From the NCBI RefSeq assembly GCF_009914755.1, contig NC_060928.1: a stretch of DNA of 64,000 bases. One strand, 5' to 3'. Both the position numbers and the translations under genes were made by a program. Positions 13,201 through 29,871 of this stretch are shown here, piece after piece; positions within the stretch are counted from its first letter, which is position 1; the number at the start of each line of letters is the position of its first letter. Source of the DNA: the human T2T-CHM13v2.0 reference genome, Homo sapiens. The notes below the pieces were generated by a model. The model was given only the letters and a program-made list of their open reading frames with translations. It was not told the origin of the DNA and did no database searches.

Positions 13201-14385
13201 ACTAAGCGCTATAGGTGATTTGAGGAAGTAATAATTTGGATTTAACTCCTACTAATTTTATATATGTTGGGAATTTATCAGAAAATAAGCTAAGTGAAGT
13301 CCAGATTTGGTGCCTGTCTGATACATTTATATCTGCTTCAATTTACTAGTATAAGAATAATATGGTTTAAAATACAAATCAAACAGCAAACAAACATACA
13401 AACAAGTGCCACTCTTCGTATGCTTGGTAGTTTGTTGTCCTCACTTTTAACTATGTTTTGCTTAACAAAGTGAAAAATTAAATAGTTTGAATGTCTTTTT
13501 TACTGTTTGGAGTAAATTTTTAGAAATTTAGAATCCAAAATACAGGACTTGAAATAACTATTCCAGCAGGTTAAACTCTGATAGGAGAAAGAAAAGATCA
13601 AGGGACTGTTCTTACTTATTTCAAAAGATAAGAATATATAAACATTTCCATTCTTGAACTTATCGGGAGAAATATTGGGTGCATGAATAGTTGCTAGTGT
13701 GCAAAAATTGTGTGTTTCTCTATAAACATTAAGAAGAATGAAGTATGACAGGAAAATACTTGAGCAAGAAGGGTACTTCATGAACTACTTTAAGATTAGA
13801 GGAATCATTCAGAAAATTGTGAATGCCTAAATATAGTCATGCAGAAAAATGTTACTCTTTTGAAAGAAGTGGTTAAGTCTAGCTCTGTCATTATGATGAA
13901 ACCAATGAGACTGAAAAGCAGACAACCTAAATATCTTACAAGGAAAATCTTAGGCAAAAAGGGAACACACATATACATACATTTCTAAGTATTCAGAGAG
14001 TTCAAAGTATCTGTTATTTTTATTGTGCTAAGGAAATAAGAGGTAACCAGGGGAAAAAATGGTAAAAACATTCAGATCTAGAGAGACACAGACTTTTCTA
14101 AATATCCAGATCTTTCATTTCTCAATGTACTTGAGGACTCTGTTGGCTTGTATAATGTGCAATGCAGAATAGGTACATATCCACCAAAAAATTCTGTATA
14201 AATATACAATCAATTTACAACAGGATCACCATAATAAATGGAATTTCATGATGATGATGTTTAAAGGTTCCATGTGTAGTACCAAAGAATAAATGAGTTT
14301 TTAACATTTGGAGAAGACAAGATGTTGTTTTGAGAAATTCCCTGTGTGATTCTGGTATGTATATTGATTGATGGGTATTCACATC

Positions 14386-14775
14386 TTTTATGGGTTTAAT
14401 TGTATATGCCCTAAAAGTTCACATACTAAAGTATTAACTCTCAATGCCTCAGAATATGACTGTATTTGGATATAGGGTCTCTAAAGAGGCAAAAGTTAAA
14501 ATGAAATCATGAGGGTAGGCCCTAATCCAATATGACTGGTGTCCTTATAAGAAAAAATTTGGACAGAGATATGCACAAAGATAAGTTTATGTGAAGACAC
14601 AGGAAGAAGGTGGAATTCTACAAGCCAAAAAAAAAACATGTTTCAGAAGAAACCAACCCTTCCAACACCTTGATAAAGGATTCTAGTTTCCATACTTGTG
14701 AAAGAAATTAATTTATGTTGCTTAAGCCACCCAGTCTGTGGTACTTTGTTACGGCCAACTTAGCAAACTAATAGA
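14386..14775 (+). mobile_element. MLT1A/MLT1B-type MaLR solo LTR
   Basis: ctcagaatatgactgtatttgga...gtaggccctaatccaatatgactggtgtccttataag...aagccacccagtctgtggtactttgttacgg..tagcaaactaata. Confidence 0.9.
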
Positions 14776-15179
14776 GCCTCCTCAAAGAAGAAAAGATATG
14801 CTCTTTGGAAATTTTAGTTGTCTTCTATATTTTATCAGAGACTGAAATAAGTGTAATAAGTTGGACAAGGGATATTTTTCCAAAATATGAAATAATTTTC
14901 CACACTAAAGCAGTAGGCCATAAGGAAGGAAAATTATCCTGTGCTGAAATTTTGTATTTAGTGAAGAGGACAAAGCTTTCAATAAAGATCATAGCAACCA
15001 TGAGGATTCTAAATAGCAATGTTTGCATGAACTTTTGATAGTCCTTTCGGTTCACTGAAGAAAACAATGTTTGGCATAAACTGTTTCATAAACTTCTAAA
15101 GAGCACTGGCTTTTCTTTGGAAGTCACCAACACAAATACTGATTCATTATTGCCTATAGCTTTACTTATTCAAGCAGTT

Positions 15180-15250
15180 GCTTAGTAGAGCACTGAGGGC
15201 CTAAGCAAGGACTGTCATATGGAAGGCACTCAATACATGTTGGTGGAATA
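15180..15250 (+). mobile_element. L2 3'-end fragment
   Basis: gcctaagcaaggactgtcatatggaaggcactcaatacatgttggtggaat resembles the L2 terminus. Confidence 0.45.
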
Positions 15251-16009
15251 CATGTGCACAATGAACAATGCTAACTTTTCCACACACATTTTACTACTTA
15301 GATTTTATTGAAAATATTATGTTCTGTGGAAAAGATGACCAAGAGAATTTGTTTGCAAATTGGCTACAATTGTTCTCTTTTGAGTGTTCACCAAAATAAT
15401 TATATGCTCCTGGTATTAGCTCTATAATTCTAGGCATCCTATTAAATGATACATTTAGAAATTTGTGGCTTTATATTTATTTAAAGGAAACTATATTTAT
15501 TTGGACGACAAGTTTGTTCAAATAGACTATTATAGCAATTATATAAATTATAGCATCATAAATGTAGAAGTAAAAATGTATGAGCAATTACATTCTTTGA
15601 CAGCTGATATGAGTTATTATAAATACTATTATGTTTTCATTTCTTTATAGCCTATGTTCTGAAAAGTCTCAAAGAAGCATAAAAGATCAGCACTTACTAG
15701 ACTGGGAACTCATGCCTAGAATTGCATTTTGTAATTTTTATTATAAATTGAAGTACCTAGGTTTATTTACTAAAAATCAAAGATATTAGGCAAGTATCTA
15801 GAAAATAGAATTTTGGTGTCTTAGAGGAGAGGGGTAAGAGATCTTAAGAATCTATTTGAATTGTGATTATTCCAGGATAATTCTGCTTACATTTATAAAA
15901 GTATATTGCACTATTTTAAATAATTATTCTTCACTGTTATTTAAGATTTCTTATTAAAACACTGAAGAGTTATGCATGATTTTGTGATGATAATTAATAG
16001 AAAGAGTAC

Positions 16010-16190
16010 TATGACCTTTCAGCTGCTCTTTTAACTTCTCTCAGTCTCAGTCCTGATCTATGAAATGGGAATAACTGTAACTGACATGCTTTGCTCACAA
16101 GATTTTGTAAAGGTAAAATAAAACGATGTATGTATAAGGTGTTTACATAACAACACCATAATGGTACAGGTAAAATTATTGTTAATTCAG
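16010..16190 (+). mobile_element. MIR
   Basis: MIR core: tgaccttt...ttaacttctctcagtctcagtcctgatctatgaaatgggaataa...gattttgtaaagg. Confidence 0.65.
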
Positions 16191-17324
16191 CTGTCATAAT
16201 TATTTGTAAATTTCTCAGTAGAATCAAGATTTTCCTGGACAAAATCTAACATGAAATCCCTTCAGTTCCATCTCATCATTTACCCAAACAGGGAATATTA
16301 ATATACCATATGCTAGGGAGCTTAAATAATTTCTTTATAACATCATAGTAGGTAGCTCAGTAGTGAAAATTAACAGGAAAAAAATGGATGAAAATCAAAA
16401 GAAAAGCCTGGCAGCAATGGGAGAGTGAATGATACAGAGGTGAAACCAGAAGCAAGCACTTCAAATGAAAATGTGTCTTTTGCCAGAATTGTTCCCCATG
16501 TAAGTTTATAATAACCCTGGAAATGACTGAATTGTGTGAACCAAACTAGATAATTGGAGCAGGTGTCTGGCATTAGAAGAGATGAAAATGGTTTTCTCTT
16601 CTCTCCTATAAAGATGAAGAAGACATAATAGGAATACATATCGATTCCAAGGAGAGCACCATGCCAACTCTATTGCAGATGGAATTGTGTGAGGCATCCC
16701 AATGATTAAGAATGAAAAATAGTCAAAACTAGGATGCATGATTTACCAAAAAAAAACATAACTCTTAGTTTTCTTCTTGAATGTCCATTCTGTTTCACAG
16801 ATGTTGAAACCAGAAAGTGGCTATGTTTCCAATGCTAACAAAAATATGTGATAAATTGAAGGTTAGTATGAATATTTTTCAGTAGGCAGTATATAAAATG
16901 CATGGTGCTAATCAGAAGGATAGCTTTTGACATGCTGTTTCTTCCATCAAATTATGGGTGTGAGAATCTGGAGACATTGCCCGATGTAATAAAAAACAAG
17001 AGTCAATTTATGGTCAGGTCTAAAAATTCATTATTTTAAAATCTTCTGAAGTTTTTACAGTTTGCTGGTAATTAAACACATCAAGGCACTATGTATGTAT
17101 CTCCTAATAGATTTGTAATAAAAGGCATTGCAATAACTATTCAAATTCATCATCGATGTTAGAATAGCCAAAGCCAAACTTTACTATTAAGCATAAGACA
17201 CAAGAAATAATGTTGCATATTATTCCCAGGATATTAATTTATTTCTATTTAACAAAATAAAATATGTAGCTATATTTATCAAGTATTCTGTAAGGTACTG
17301 ATATATTGTTTGTGTTTTTAAAAT

Positions 17325-17705
17325 ACTGTCTTTCCCCAGTTTTAGCGCCTTTGCTAGAAGTCCACCAGCTTCATTTTGAGCAGCTGATCAAGTCCACACA
17401 CCAACTTTATCAAACTCATTCTCAGAGCTGCCATGCATCTGCTCTAATCACCCCAGGCCATGTACCAGAAAATTAAAGATAACTCATATTTCCAAGAGAC
17501 TATAAAATTATTCAAATTAGTTTATCTCCAGGGAGCATTTAAAACCCAGCTAACCCCATCCCACTTGCTGCACATAAGCTGCTCCCTACAGCTCCAGTTT
17601 GTTGTTACCCAGCCCCCAGGTGCAAGCCCCTACATGGCTATGCATGGCTGCGTTCTCTTGTTTGAAGCTGTAACGAGAGCTCTGTCTTTTTGTTGGGCCC
17701 ACTAT
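17325..17705 (+). mobile_element. ERVL solo LTR, MER73/MER74-like
   Basis: cagcttcattttgagcagctgatcaagtccacac...gctctaatcaccccaggccatgtaccaga...aaattattcaaattag. Confidence 0.55.
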
Positions 17706-18229
17706 CAAAAGAATCTTTAAATCTTATAAAATGGGCATTGTTGATAGAAAGATGAAGAAAAATGCATGTTATCTTTAAGCATTTCTTGGTCCAAACTTGG
17801 TAATCCAATGTAGGAAGATAATGATAATGACAATAATGAATACCACTCATTAAACATTATTATAGGCCAGGAATACTACATAGATCATCTTTATTCTTTA
17901 AAATTAACTTGGAATTTTGACACTATGATGATTCCATTTTATAGATCAATTATAAGTCCTTTGAAATTTTTCAGGAAAGAGAGAGAGATGGGGAGGCGAG
18001 AGAAAGAGAGACACAAACATAGATAAAAACATGATAAAGGCATTTGGAAATGGGCTGGGGAGATTTTGAAGCAGAATCTATGCTAATGAAGTACATACTT
18101 TTATGTATTAATCAAAACACATTTCTTTTTCCTTCTGGACAAACAGCCTAAAGTTTTCAACTGCCATGCAGTTATGTATAGCCATACATAGAGATCTGGT
18201 CAATAAGATTGTGGCAAAAAAGATAAAAG

Positions 18230-18510
18230 GCCTTGTACTTGCTGCATAAAAGCCTCCGACAGGCTTTATTCGTCTTGCCTCTTTTGACTACTAGATGGAG
18301 ATGAACTTCGCAGTGACTTTGAGAGCCAAATGTTAAAGTAGGAGATGAGATGGAAGGAATCTGCATTCCTGAGTCGATTCTTGCAGGAGAGCTATCCACC
18401 AGAAATACCTATTTTTGACTGCGGTAGGAGTGAGACATAAATTGTATTGAATTAAGCCATTAAGACTGAGGGTTTTACTAGTTATGGCAACTAATTTATG
18501 AGCTGACATC
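18230..18510 (+). mobile_element. MLT1J-like MaLR LTR, 3' part
   Basis: agatggaaggaatctgcattcctgagtc...ggagagcta...gtgagacataaattgtattgaattaagccattaagactgaggg...gttatggcaacta. Confidence 0.65.
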
Positions 18511-18559
18511 CTTACTAAGTTAATGATTTTCAATAGTTTGACTTTTTGATCAAAGATTG

Positions 18560-18870
18560 TGATGGAGTTGCAAATCAAAATGAGAAATGTTGGAAAAAAA
18601 AACAGAGGTTTAGTAATGGGTAGAATAATGGGTTTACTTTGGCAGAGATGGAAATTAAAAAGTATTTGAGATATCTAAGTAAAGGTCTTATAAGGCAATT
18701 GAATGTATGCCAATGAAGAAAAATTAAGACACATCTGCAAAGGACATGTAGATTTAGTGTCAATAACACAGTCCACAGCTCAGCAAAAGACAAGTAGAAT
18801 ACAAGATTACCTAAAGAGGAAAATGTGAAATAAAGGCCAACAAAAAGATCTGAGGTAACACCAAGAGGAA
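18560..18870 (-). mobile_element. L2 body fragment
   Basis: ttgagatatctaagtaaaggtc..aggcaattgaatgta...gattacctaaagaggaaaatgtg resembles reverse-strand L2. Confidence 0.45.
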
Positions 18871-19399
18871 TGGTAGTAAACTATTAACTTAACTTACTCT
18901 AAAAATAATCTCTACCTTGATTATATTTAAACAACAAAATAAACAAAAAAGCAGTGCAACCTCAAAGCTTCAGAGAATGAAATTGAATGGAGAATAGAAA
19001 TAAAGCATTGGTATTTCCATTATAACAAAATAATTCATTCCATTACATAACAGCCAACCATGTTGGGAGGAATAGTAACAATGAATATTGTGCACGTTAG
19101 AATTTTAAACATCTATGACAGGAGACTGTATTCTGGTCAGAGACAAGTAATACATTTAAAACTCTTTTTTTTTCTGGTGCCGACTTCTGGTAACTGGTTC
19201 ATGTACTATTAAAAAAAGCTGGATGGTACAATGCCATTCTGTTCATATAGTCACTCATGTAACCCAGGTGGAAACTGTTCTTTTATATATATTATCCTCG
19301 GTTGATTCTCTGAGCAAATATGATTTTAATTGTATAAAAAGTAGATTTTTTTAAAGTCATCCTGATAAGAATTTCATGGCAAATTTATCACAGGGTCTT

Positions 19400-21150
<1,751 letters not shown>

Positions 21151-24100
21151 ATTATTATTTTGTAAAAGTAGTAGTATGCCAGTAATGATTGGTAGACATT
21201 ACATGATAATACTCAAAATGGAATATGATTTCAGGAAAATAATAAACATGTTATTCTTTTTTCCCCTTTTTTATGCTCAATGGAAAGAAAATGTTATTCT
21301 TAATTCCTAAGAAATCAAGCAGTAAACTTACAATGAAAACAATTCAATTATTTAACATATATAGAAAAAATTATTTTAATGCTACAATCAAAAAATAAAT
21401 TTTCATGATTTATAACACATGTATTATATCAATCATCTATACACTTACCAATTAAGATACATTCTTATTCTCTTAGTTTCATTACTAGAGAAAATATGTG
21501 CTTACACAGTGTCTGAAACCTAGTGAGAGTTCACCAGATGTCTGTTAAATAAATTAACATACGACAAAGTATAAAAGAAGTATTGTGCCTTTCTACCCCA
21601 AAATAGAATTCTTATTTTCCTTAACCTTCATCTTATTGACCCCCAGAGTTCTCTGTAATCTTTAGCAAAGCTTACCACTTCCATAGGTTCTAAAGCAGAA
21701 CATATCTGAGGAATACCCTTTAGCTTACTTGATTTCAATATGTGTGTTATTAGCCAATGACAATTCAACCCAGAGCACCTCTTCAACTAGGAATTAAAAA
21801 ACGATGATAGGATGCTATACAGTTTTCAAATAAAATTAGCAACATGAATGTTGATGCTTTTTTTCAAAAAGAAAGAGCAGAGCTCTTTAAGACAAATATT
21901 ATTTTTCTTTTTCAAGTGTTGCACTTTAAAAAGGCGAATCAGAAGTTTTATTCATAAAATTCATGGGTTTTTTGTATTACTTTTTCATTTGTAAAAATAT
22001 GCCTCAAAATATAATTAATAAATGCTAAAAATGGTGAGTCAGAAAAATTGGGGACGTTTTATTTTAAAATACTTGGAAAACACATGGGGTTTGGCAAGCA
22101 ATAGCTAATTCTTTACAGTTTTCATTTTGGTAGCCAAGCATGGCATAGCAAAGACTAAAAAAAGACAAAAAAAGAGGCTGACAAGGATACATGTCCCTTG
22201 ACAATAACACACATCCCTATTTCAAGTACTGCATTGTCAAAATATGAAGCGGCAGAAAATGCACATCTGAGCCTCAGTATTAGGCATTTTTCCAGGCAGA
22301 GCATTTTTTTCCTAATGTTTGATTCATTTACAAGATTTAGGAATAAATGTCTGCTCACAGTAGAATTTCAATAACGTGTTACTTTATATCTTCAATGTAG
22401 GGCAAATAATAAAACTATATTCCTCAAAACCAAAGCACTTTTATCCCCTCGTCCTATTCAATGTCTTGTCTCTGTGCATGTTCTGCTAGGGCAGTGCCAG
22501 TACTTATTAAGGTTCCCAATAGCTGAAACTTATATGCAACTTAACTTGATTTTCTAAAACTTATTTTAATAAGGTTTATGATTTAAAATATATTTGCATG
22601 ATATACAAATCTGAACAATTGCAAAATTTCATTTTTTAGACTATTTCAGACTATATTCTGATCAGAAAATTTTCGCTTTTTTTCATGGCTATCACCACCT
22701 TTCATACAAATTAACCTCGGTCAAGGTAAAAGCCTTATTTTTCAGAGAAACATCTTTAAAAAAAAGTTTAGAAAATGAATCATTATGAATTAAACTTTGT
22801 TTTCCTGATCTTCAAACAAAAATTGATTCAAAACATCACAGACATTGACAGCAAGAAGTCATACAACTTGAGATGTATAAAAGACCCCAGTAAAGGGAAA
22901 CACGTGAGTGAAAATATTTCTTGTTCAAAAAATATCATTCCCTAGACATAAAAGGCCCTCAAATTTCTCCAAATGAATGCCAGTTCTAGTGCAGTTTATG
23001 AATACCTTCATTGCTATTACAATCTGAAATATAATAAAATAACATGTTTTAAGTGGTATCTTTCAAAACATTTACTGGACTCTCCAGGAAGCTGTATCAG
23101 CCCAAAATTGGAAGCACTCCAAGAATGTTGTTTAGTAACTCCTTGGGAAGATTTATTTAAACAAATTTCATCTGAATAATGAAATTCACCTTATTTTTAA
23201 TGATGATTTGAAATAGCATTCCTTCATGTCAGTTTTTTCCTCCATTGAACCTATATTAGTCATCCTCTGAAGATGGATTGGGTTCTAGCAACTTCTCTGA
23301 ACACCTGGGAGGAGTAAGCCTTGGCTCTTTGCCACTATTACAGACACAGTTCTCTTCTGTCCACCTAATTAATGAGTTATTATCCAGAAATCCCAATGCG
23401 ATATAAGGTGTTAAATAACTGTGGACCACCCCGTGTGAAATAATGTCTACAATAATTACCATGGGGGGGCAGTATGCAAGTAAAACAGAAGAAAAAATTT
23501 GTCTCATTGAAGAAGCTGTCATCTTAAATTAATATAATGTAAAATGGCAGAGCACAGATGTTTTGGTGTCTTTTAAAATAATTAAACTTGTGAACATAAC
23601 TCTGGGTCCTGGTGTTCATGTTGTGGCAATGACTTCCACTCAACAGGAAAAGAGTGCTTGGTTAGCATGCTAAGAATAAAAAGAACCTATCTCTTTTTAT
23701 TACTATGAAGAATCATCCAAGATTTGACTGTAGCTCCATTTTACTACCACTTACACCTAGAACTGAGGTTGGGCCGCTGCTTCCCTCTTCTGCTCTACTG
23801 CCACTCCCATCACTTTTGACTACTCCAAAATCACAGCCAAATAAATGAGAAAAGAACTCGATTTCACTAAATGGCAAAATAAAAATATTTAGATAGGATC
23901 ATTCTTCATTAGGTTAGTTCGGTCTGGATTGCATTTAGAATGGAATCATTAAAAGTATCCCAATAGTGACAATACTCATTTATTCTATCTATTGAATTCC
24001 ACCTTCTGAAAGCAAAGCAAGTTCACCCATATAAACTTTAATTGAGACGATTGTAAATGTCTCCTTTACTCTTACCTCCAGAGTGGTAACCACCTGCTAC

Positions 24101-24265
24101 CCCATATAAACCGTTGTATGTCCAATCCTGGAGTTCCTAATTTCTCTTTCTTTATTATTGGATTATTTCATGTAACTCCAATTTTCCAACTAGGCTTTGA
24201 CTTTAGCCACTGTGTCTTTGACTTGTTGGATTGATACTTTTCCAAGATAGAATAAAAATGAGAGG

Positions 24266-24755
24266 TACCTTCCAGCAGCCATGAAGATGCACCACCACTC
24301 AGATCTTCTGTTGAGGAGAGCGTAATTGACACAGGACCCCAGATGCTGTGCTTTGAATCCACCACCAATTCACACAGAGGCCATGCTTCCCATAGGCTAA
24401 TCTTAGGCAAAGGGCTGGAAGTGGCAAGGATTCTAAGGCAGGTCCGTTTTTAGGAGTTCTAGAACACCTCTGATAAGCAACTTTGTCCCTAGAACTTGTC
24501 ATCAACTTGACCAAAACTGTTTAGAATTCTTCTTCAGTAAGAGAATCCACTTATCTAACTTTCCCTCCTTCATACTCTTCTTCACAACTGTTGGACCGTT
24601 ACCGCCATCTGATAGCTCTCACTGTCTCTTCCAGCTCCTCCTCTGGCTCTCTCCCATTTTTTTCTTCACGGGTGTTTTCTCCAATAAATCCTTTCTTTTA
24701 TTCAACCTCTAACCCCACCTTAGTGTCTGCTTCTTAAAGGACTTAAACTAACATG
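24266..24755 (+). mobile_element. LTR16-type (ERVL) solo LTR
   Basis: ccagcagccatgaagatgcaccaccactcagatc...ttctccaataaatc...gtgtctgcttcttaaaggacttaaactaaca. Confidence 0.75.
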
Positions 24756-24816
24756 TACCCCCATCATAGCCTTTCACCTTCCACTTGTTTACCAAACCTA
24801 CCCCAGCTACTCCGGC

Positions 24817-25296
24817 TGAAACTGGCCCAGTTGTCCTATTGACATTTATGGTTTCTTTTTAATAAGCATAGAAATTGACTGTCCCAGTCTTAAAACTTGA
24901 GAAAGTTACTTTTGTCTTGTCTGAGTTCTTTTCTCAGGAAACCAACCAACAGGCTTTCCAGATAGTATCTAGGAACTGAATTTACCAGATCACTGTGTCT
25001 AGACAATGAGACATTAGACCGAGCCCTCACCCTTCACGATTGCCTAACCGACCACCTGCTACACCCATCTTCTTTATCTCTCTCCAATTCCTGTCTTGCC
25101 ATACATTGCTACATTTCTTCCTTGCTATATAAACTCCTAATTTTAGTTGGCTGAAGAGATGGGTTTGAGACTGATCTCTCATCTCCTCATCTGCCCAACT
25201 AAAGCCTCTTCTCGGGCAACATTCATGGTGTCAGTTATTGGCTTTCTGGGTGGCGAGCAGCAGGACCTAGACTGAGCCCTTGGTGTTTTGGTAACA
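24817..25296 (+). mobile_element. ERV1 (MER4-group, LTR54-like) solo LTR
   Basis: TG..CA termini (tgaaactggcccag...ggtgttttggtaaca), TATA-like tatataaa at ~25126, 4-bp TSD cggc/tggc (CpG decay). Confidence 0.8.
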
Positions 25297-26834
25297 TGGC
25301 TTTCTTTGTTTCATCTGTGTAACAATGAAAGAGTTACACCAGGTGATTTTATTAGCCTATTTTCTCATCAGGAACAATACTCTACTTAGACACGGATAGT
25401 GTAGATTAAGTGGTAAGCTATTTTAGATTATCTTTTTGCCTTACAACTTTTAAAAATTAATGTTACCTGGATATTATTCATATATTGAAAAATTTTTTAA
25501 ACTTCTAAACATAATCTTATAGCAATAGCAGAAATATAAAAATTTCTGTATTTTCCCTCTCAAATTCTATTGTACAGACAAAAATATTCAAATTTCAAAA
25601 TTCCAGTGTGTATCCAATCTTCCACAGTTTCTTTTTTTTCAATCAATGTTATATTGTTAAAAGTTACTATAGAGAAGTTGTACAACTTTTCTGAATGTTT
25701 TGTGGCTTTAAGAAAGGGGAATATAGAGCACAATTAGACCTACTTGGGAGACCTTAGAAATGTTATAATTCACTTTCTATAGAAAAATAATGCAGTATAT
25801 GAAGATATACTTGGTTATAAGGGAATAAAATGTATATTAACTGGGGTTTTTTTGTTAATGAAAATATGAATTGCCTAAATTTTTGGATAGTATAATAGTC
25901 AGTGTGACTCGGTTGATAAAGATAAATAGGGAAGATAATCAACACGTCTGGAAGATTTAAAGATACTTCTTGGTAGAAACTTGAATGAGAGAACCATCAT
26001 AGACCTCAGCAGAAGGTAATCCTTAGAATGTGAGCTATTAGAATACAAAGGGCATTGGAGAAGTATAAATGGATAGTAGGGTAGTGAAGAATGTATTAAT
26101 ATATAGTTAGAGTTTTCCAAAGGGCCCAGCAATCTCATGATAAGGGGAAGGTTGGAGGACAAAAGAAGAGGCAGTGTGTGACACATACAGGAGAAAGCTG
26201 GAAAGCAGTAACATTTCAATGAAGGCAGAGGGCAGCCCCAGCATCTGCCCATTGCAAATGATCTCCACAGAACACCAATAGACGTTGAAAACTGTGCTTC
26301 TCTTCAGATTCTAGGATGCAATTCACAGAATTAAACAGTTACTTTTCTTTAATTAATTTGAAGATTCAATTCTTCAAGAGTGGCTTAGCTAGTTCCAGTG
26401 TAGAGTGCTTTGAATTTGTATATTTGGGACTCAATACCTTCCTAAGGAAAGACTTTATGCTCAATAAATGTTTGTTTGTTTTTTAACAAATGAATGCTAG
26501 TTGAACTAACTAATATCAATTTTTTATCCTCCATTTTCAGTAGTAAAGGAACAGCAGCACTATATATACCCAGTCAAATTTTATGTCGAAAATCAGGTAG
26601 TCAGGGTTTCATTTTTAAATAAATAGTTTAAAACAATTTTGAAAGGGTAAATTTAGATAACTCACAGAAAAATCATAATATTAAGTAAACACATAAAGAT
26701 CTCCAGCATTTATAATAATATGAGAAGTATACATAATTATATTTGAGATATTTATCATGTATCAGATTAGCAAAAGTGAAAAAGAATCCATCATACACAG
26801 TGATTGGAAGGACATGTAGAAGTCAGCCATATTA

Positions 26835-27258
<424 letters not shown>

Positions 27259-27542
27259 TGATTTGGCAGTATCAAAATTTGAAATAGGCTTTCCTTTAAA
27301 TATAGGGCAATTCTTACATAAAAATATACATGATTTAAATTGCCACTGATAGCAATTAAATTAAACATTTGTATTTTAGCCATAACATGGAATACAACAT
27401 ATCCTGTTAGAAAATCAGAAAGACAGCCAAGCATGATGTAGAAAACATCATATGTTGTGCATCAGTACACAGTATCTTTTTAATTTTACAGATGGTTATA
27501 TAAGTGTATGTGTAATAGTGTTTAGTTATGATTTTTCAAAAC

Positions 27543-27893
27543 CAGTATTTAGAGCATAATCTCATTTTGTTTTTACTCTGGTTTCCTCCCACATAACAAA
27601 GATGCCACCAGAGACTCACGACTGGGATAACTGGGTAAATAATTATCTTGTTTGTTTCTATTAACCTTTCTTAAGTGTATGTATAGCTCACATTTATTTC
27701 AGTGTTTAATATTAAAAGTGTTTTGGTCTTCATTTGAAAGTTTGATGATGTTTTTGTGACCGGATATATGCCATAGGAACTTAACTTTGTTTATATCAAT
27801 TAGCCTACAGTAAAATTGGTTTCATCACACATTGTTTCACTTCAGATTGCAGTACTTAAGAACCTATCAATGATGTTAAGTGAGAACTTACTG
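27543..27893 (+). mobile_element. MER6-family (Tigger-type) internally deleted DNA transposon
   Basis: tactctggtttcctcccacat..aaagatg...gtatagctcacatttatttcagtgtttaatatta...aagaacctatcaatgatgttaagtgagaacttactg|ta; left boundary approximate. Confidence 0.8.
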
Positions 27894-29871
27894 TACTTTT
27901 ATAGCTATAATGTAAATTTTATATACTTTTATAATGGTAGAATTATACTTTTTACCTCATACTTATATTTGGAGTTCTGGACCCATTCTGTGAGCTAATT
28001 CTCTTATTTTTATTTTAATAATTTTTGGCTCTGTCATTGAGCAGATAATGCAACTGAATTTTTAAAACATAAAAATACTGAATCACACAATCACCCTTGG
28101 CTACTATCATCTATATATTAATATAATGTGTGTGTGCATGTACACATGTATGTATAAATCAAATATTTTAACTATTTGGTTTTATAATAGACAGATGGTT
28201 TCCCTTGGACACAAAAATATTCTAAAATTTCTGCTGCATGCTTCAATGCTTTTTAAGTAATGCCTTGTCATGAGGAAATAAAAGTTTACTACCATTCTCT
28301 TTAGAGTTCAGCCAGCCAGCCTATGAGCACAGATTTATAGAGTCAAGAGATTTATTGAATTAGCCATTCCTAAGGGTCAATTTTCAACTTTGCTTCCCTT
28401 TTAATGATTAAGATGATTTCATTGCTACCTCAATGTTTCTCATTTACACAGGGGTACCTCAGAAAACCTCGAGGGTCCTGTTGACAATCACCCAATCTGA
28501 AGTCTGAGATAAATGATCCATTGTGTGTCATTGAAGACTTCTAATGAAGGAACTGACAGGCTGTAGGAATTACTGAGCTATTAGATCATCTCAGAGAAAG
28601 TGTGATACTCAATGTATGTCTCCTTTTTTCCTCTACAAAAGTGATGATTCATACATAATCAAAGAAATGCCATTTCAACAGTATGGCTGGAATTTTGAAA
28701 ATCTCTAGCAGCTTGTCTTTTTTTCAGTAGACTAATAAATTTTACCTTTTTTTTTCCTTCAGTGGGAGGAGTGAGTATTTTGACTGTTCCTTTGCTCAGC
28801 ATTCTTGAACAGAACACTCTCTACTTCCCATACCAGATGGAGGTGTGGCAGCATATTGAAGTCATTGGCAAAGAAGGAAGAGGAATATTGTAAATCATTC
28901 CAAAGTGGAGACACCTTGAGGGAATCCCTGGGGAATTAGCCAAGAATGTGTTGTAGAAGGAAAGGGAACCATAATATTTATCAGTTGTTCTTAGTCAGAA
29001 GATGAAAAGAAATGCAGATATATAAAGATGAAAAGAAATGTCGGAAAGCCTGATTTATATTATGAGCAAAACAAATGTCATTGTGTCTTTCTAATAATTA
29101 TGAACCCTAGACAAAAAGTGGATACGTTTTAAAATCCCCATGTTGAAACTGGAATTACTATTGCAATATACCTCAGTAATGCAAAGACTGATTTAATTTC
29201 TCTCACAAAAGATAAAACAATTTATCGATGGCATTGACCGGGGAAGTGGCTTGCTAGGTATACTGTGATGAAGAAAATATTCTTGCCTTATTTTATTTTT
29301 GAATTGATTTCTAATTTAAAGAATAGTATTTTTTTTATCATTTGCCAATAAGGCAGCCTTAAACTATTGTCTACATTGTATCATGAGAGATGATAATATA
29401 CACTGGGGTTCAGTATCAGTTAATGTGGCCATAAGTACCTTGAGAAAATAATTAACATTAAAGTAGGAGAAAAGAAACTGGTAAGGGTAATTGCCAAAAC
29501 CCTCATTAGCAAGAACACTAAATATTCAATAAAATGAAGGAATAATAAAGTAAAGATAACACCGTTTCTTATGGAATGTTATATATTTAATTCCAGGATG
29601 GGAGGACCATTTTGACTGGCAACATTACAAAATCCTGTTTCCCACTCTTTCCCTTAGCAACTGGGAATTTTCATCAAGTCCCCGCAGAAGATTGTGCTTC
29701 GGTTCAATTATGACATAGATCATTTGGAAGTGTAGCTTATTTTTAATTTTGATGATTTTACTTACTCAATAAGCACACTACATAAGAATAATCCTAATTA
29801 TTCTGTTTTTGAGGACACTATTTTCATTTATTAACCACCTATGCAATGAAGAATTGAAGATCTATCTATAC

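Noticed and set aside
11000-14300. Possible coding exons in the unique AT-rich stretch (ORFs 11692-11919, 13500-13781)
   Set aside because: No recognisable protein motifs or coherent exon structure; composition is typical of chance ORFs.
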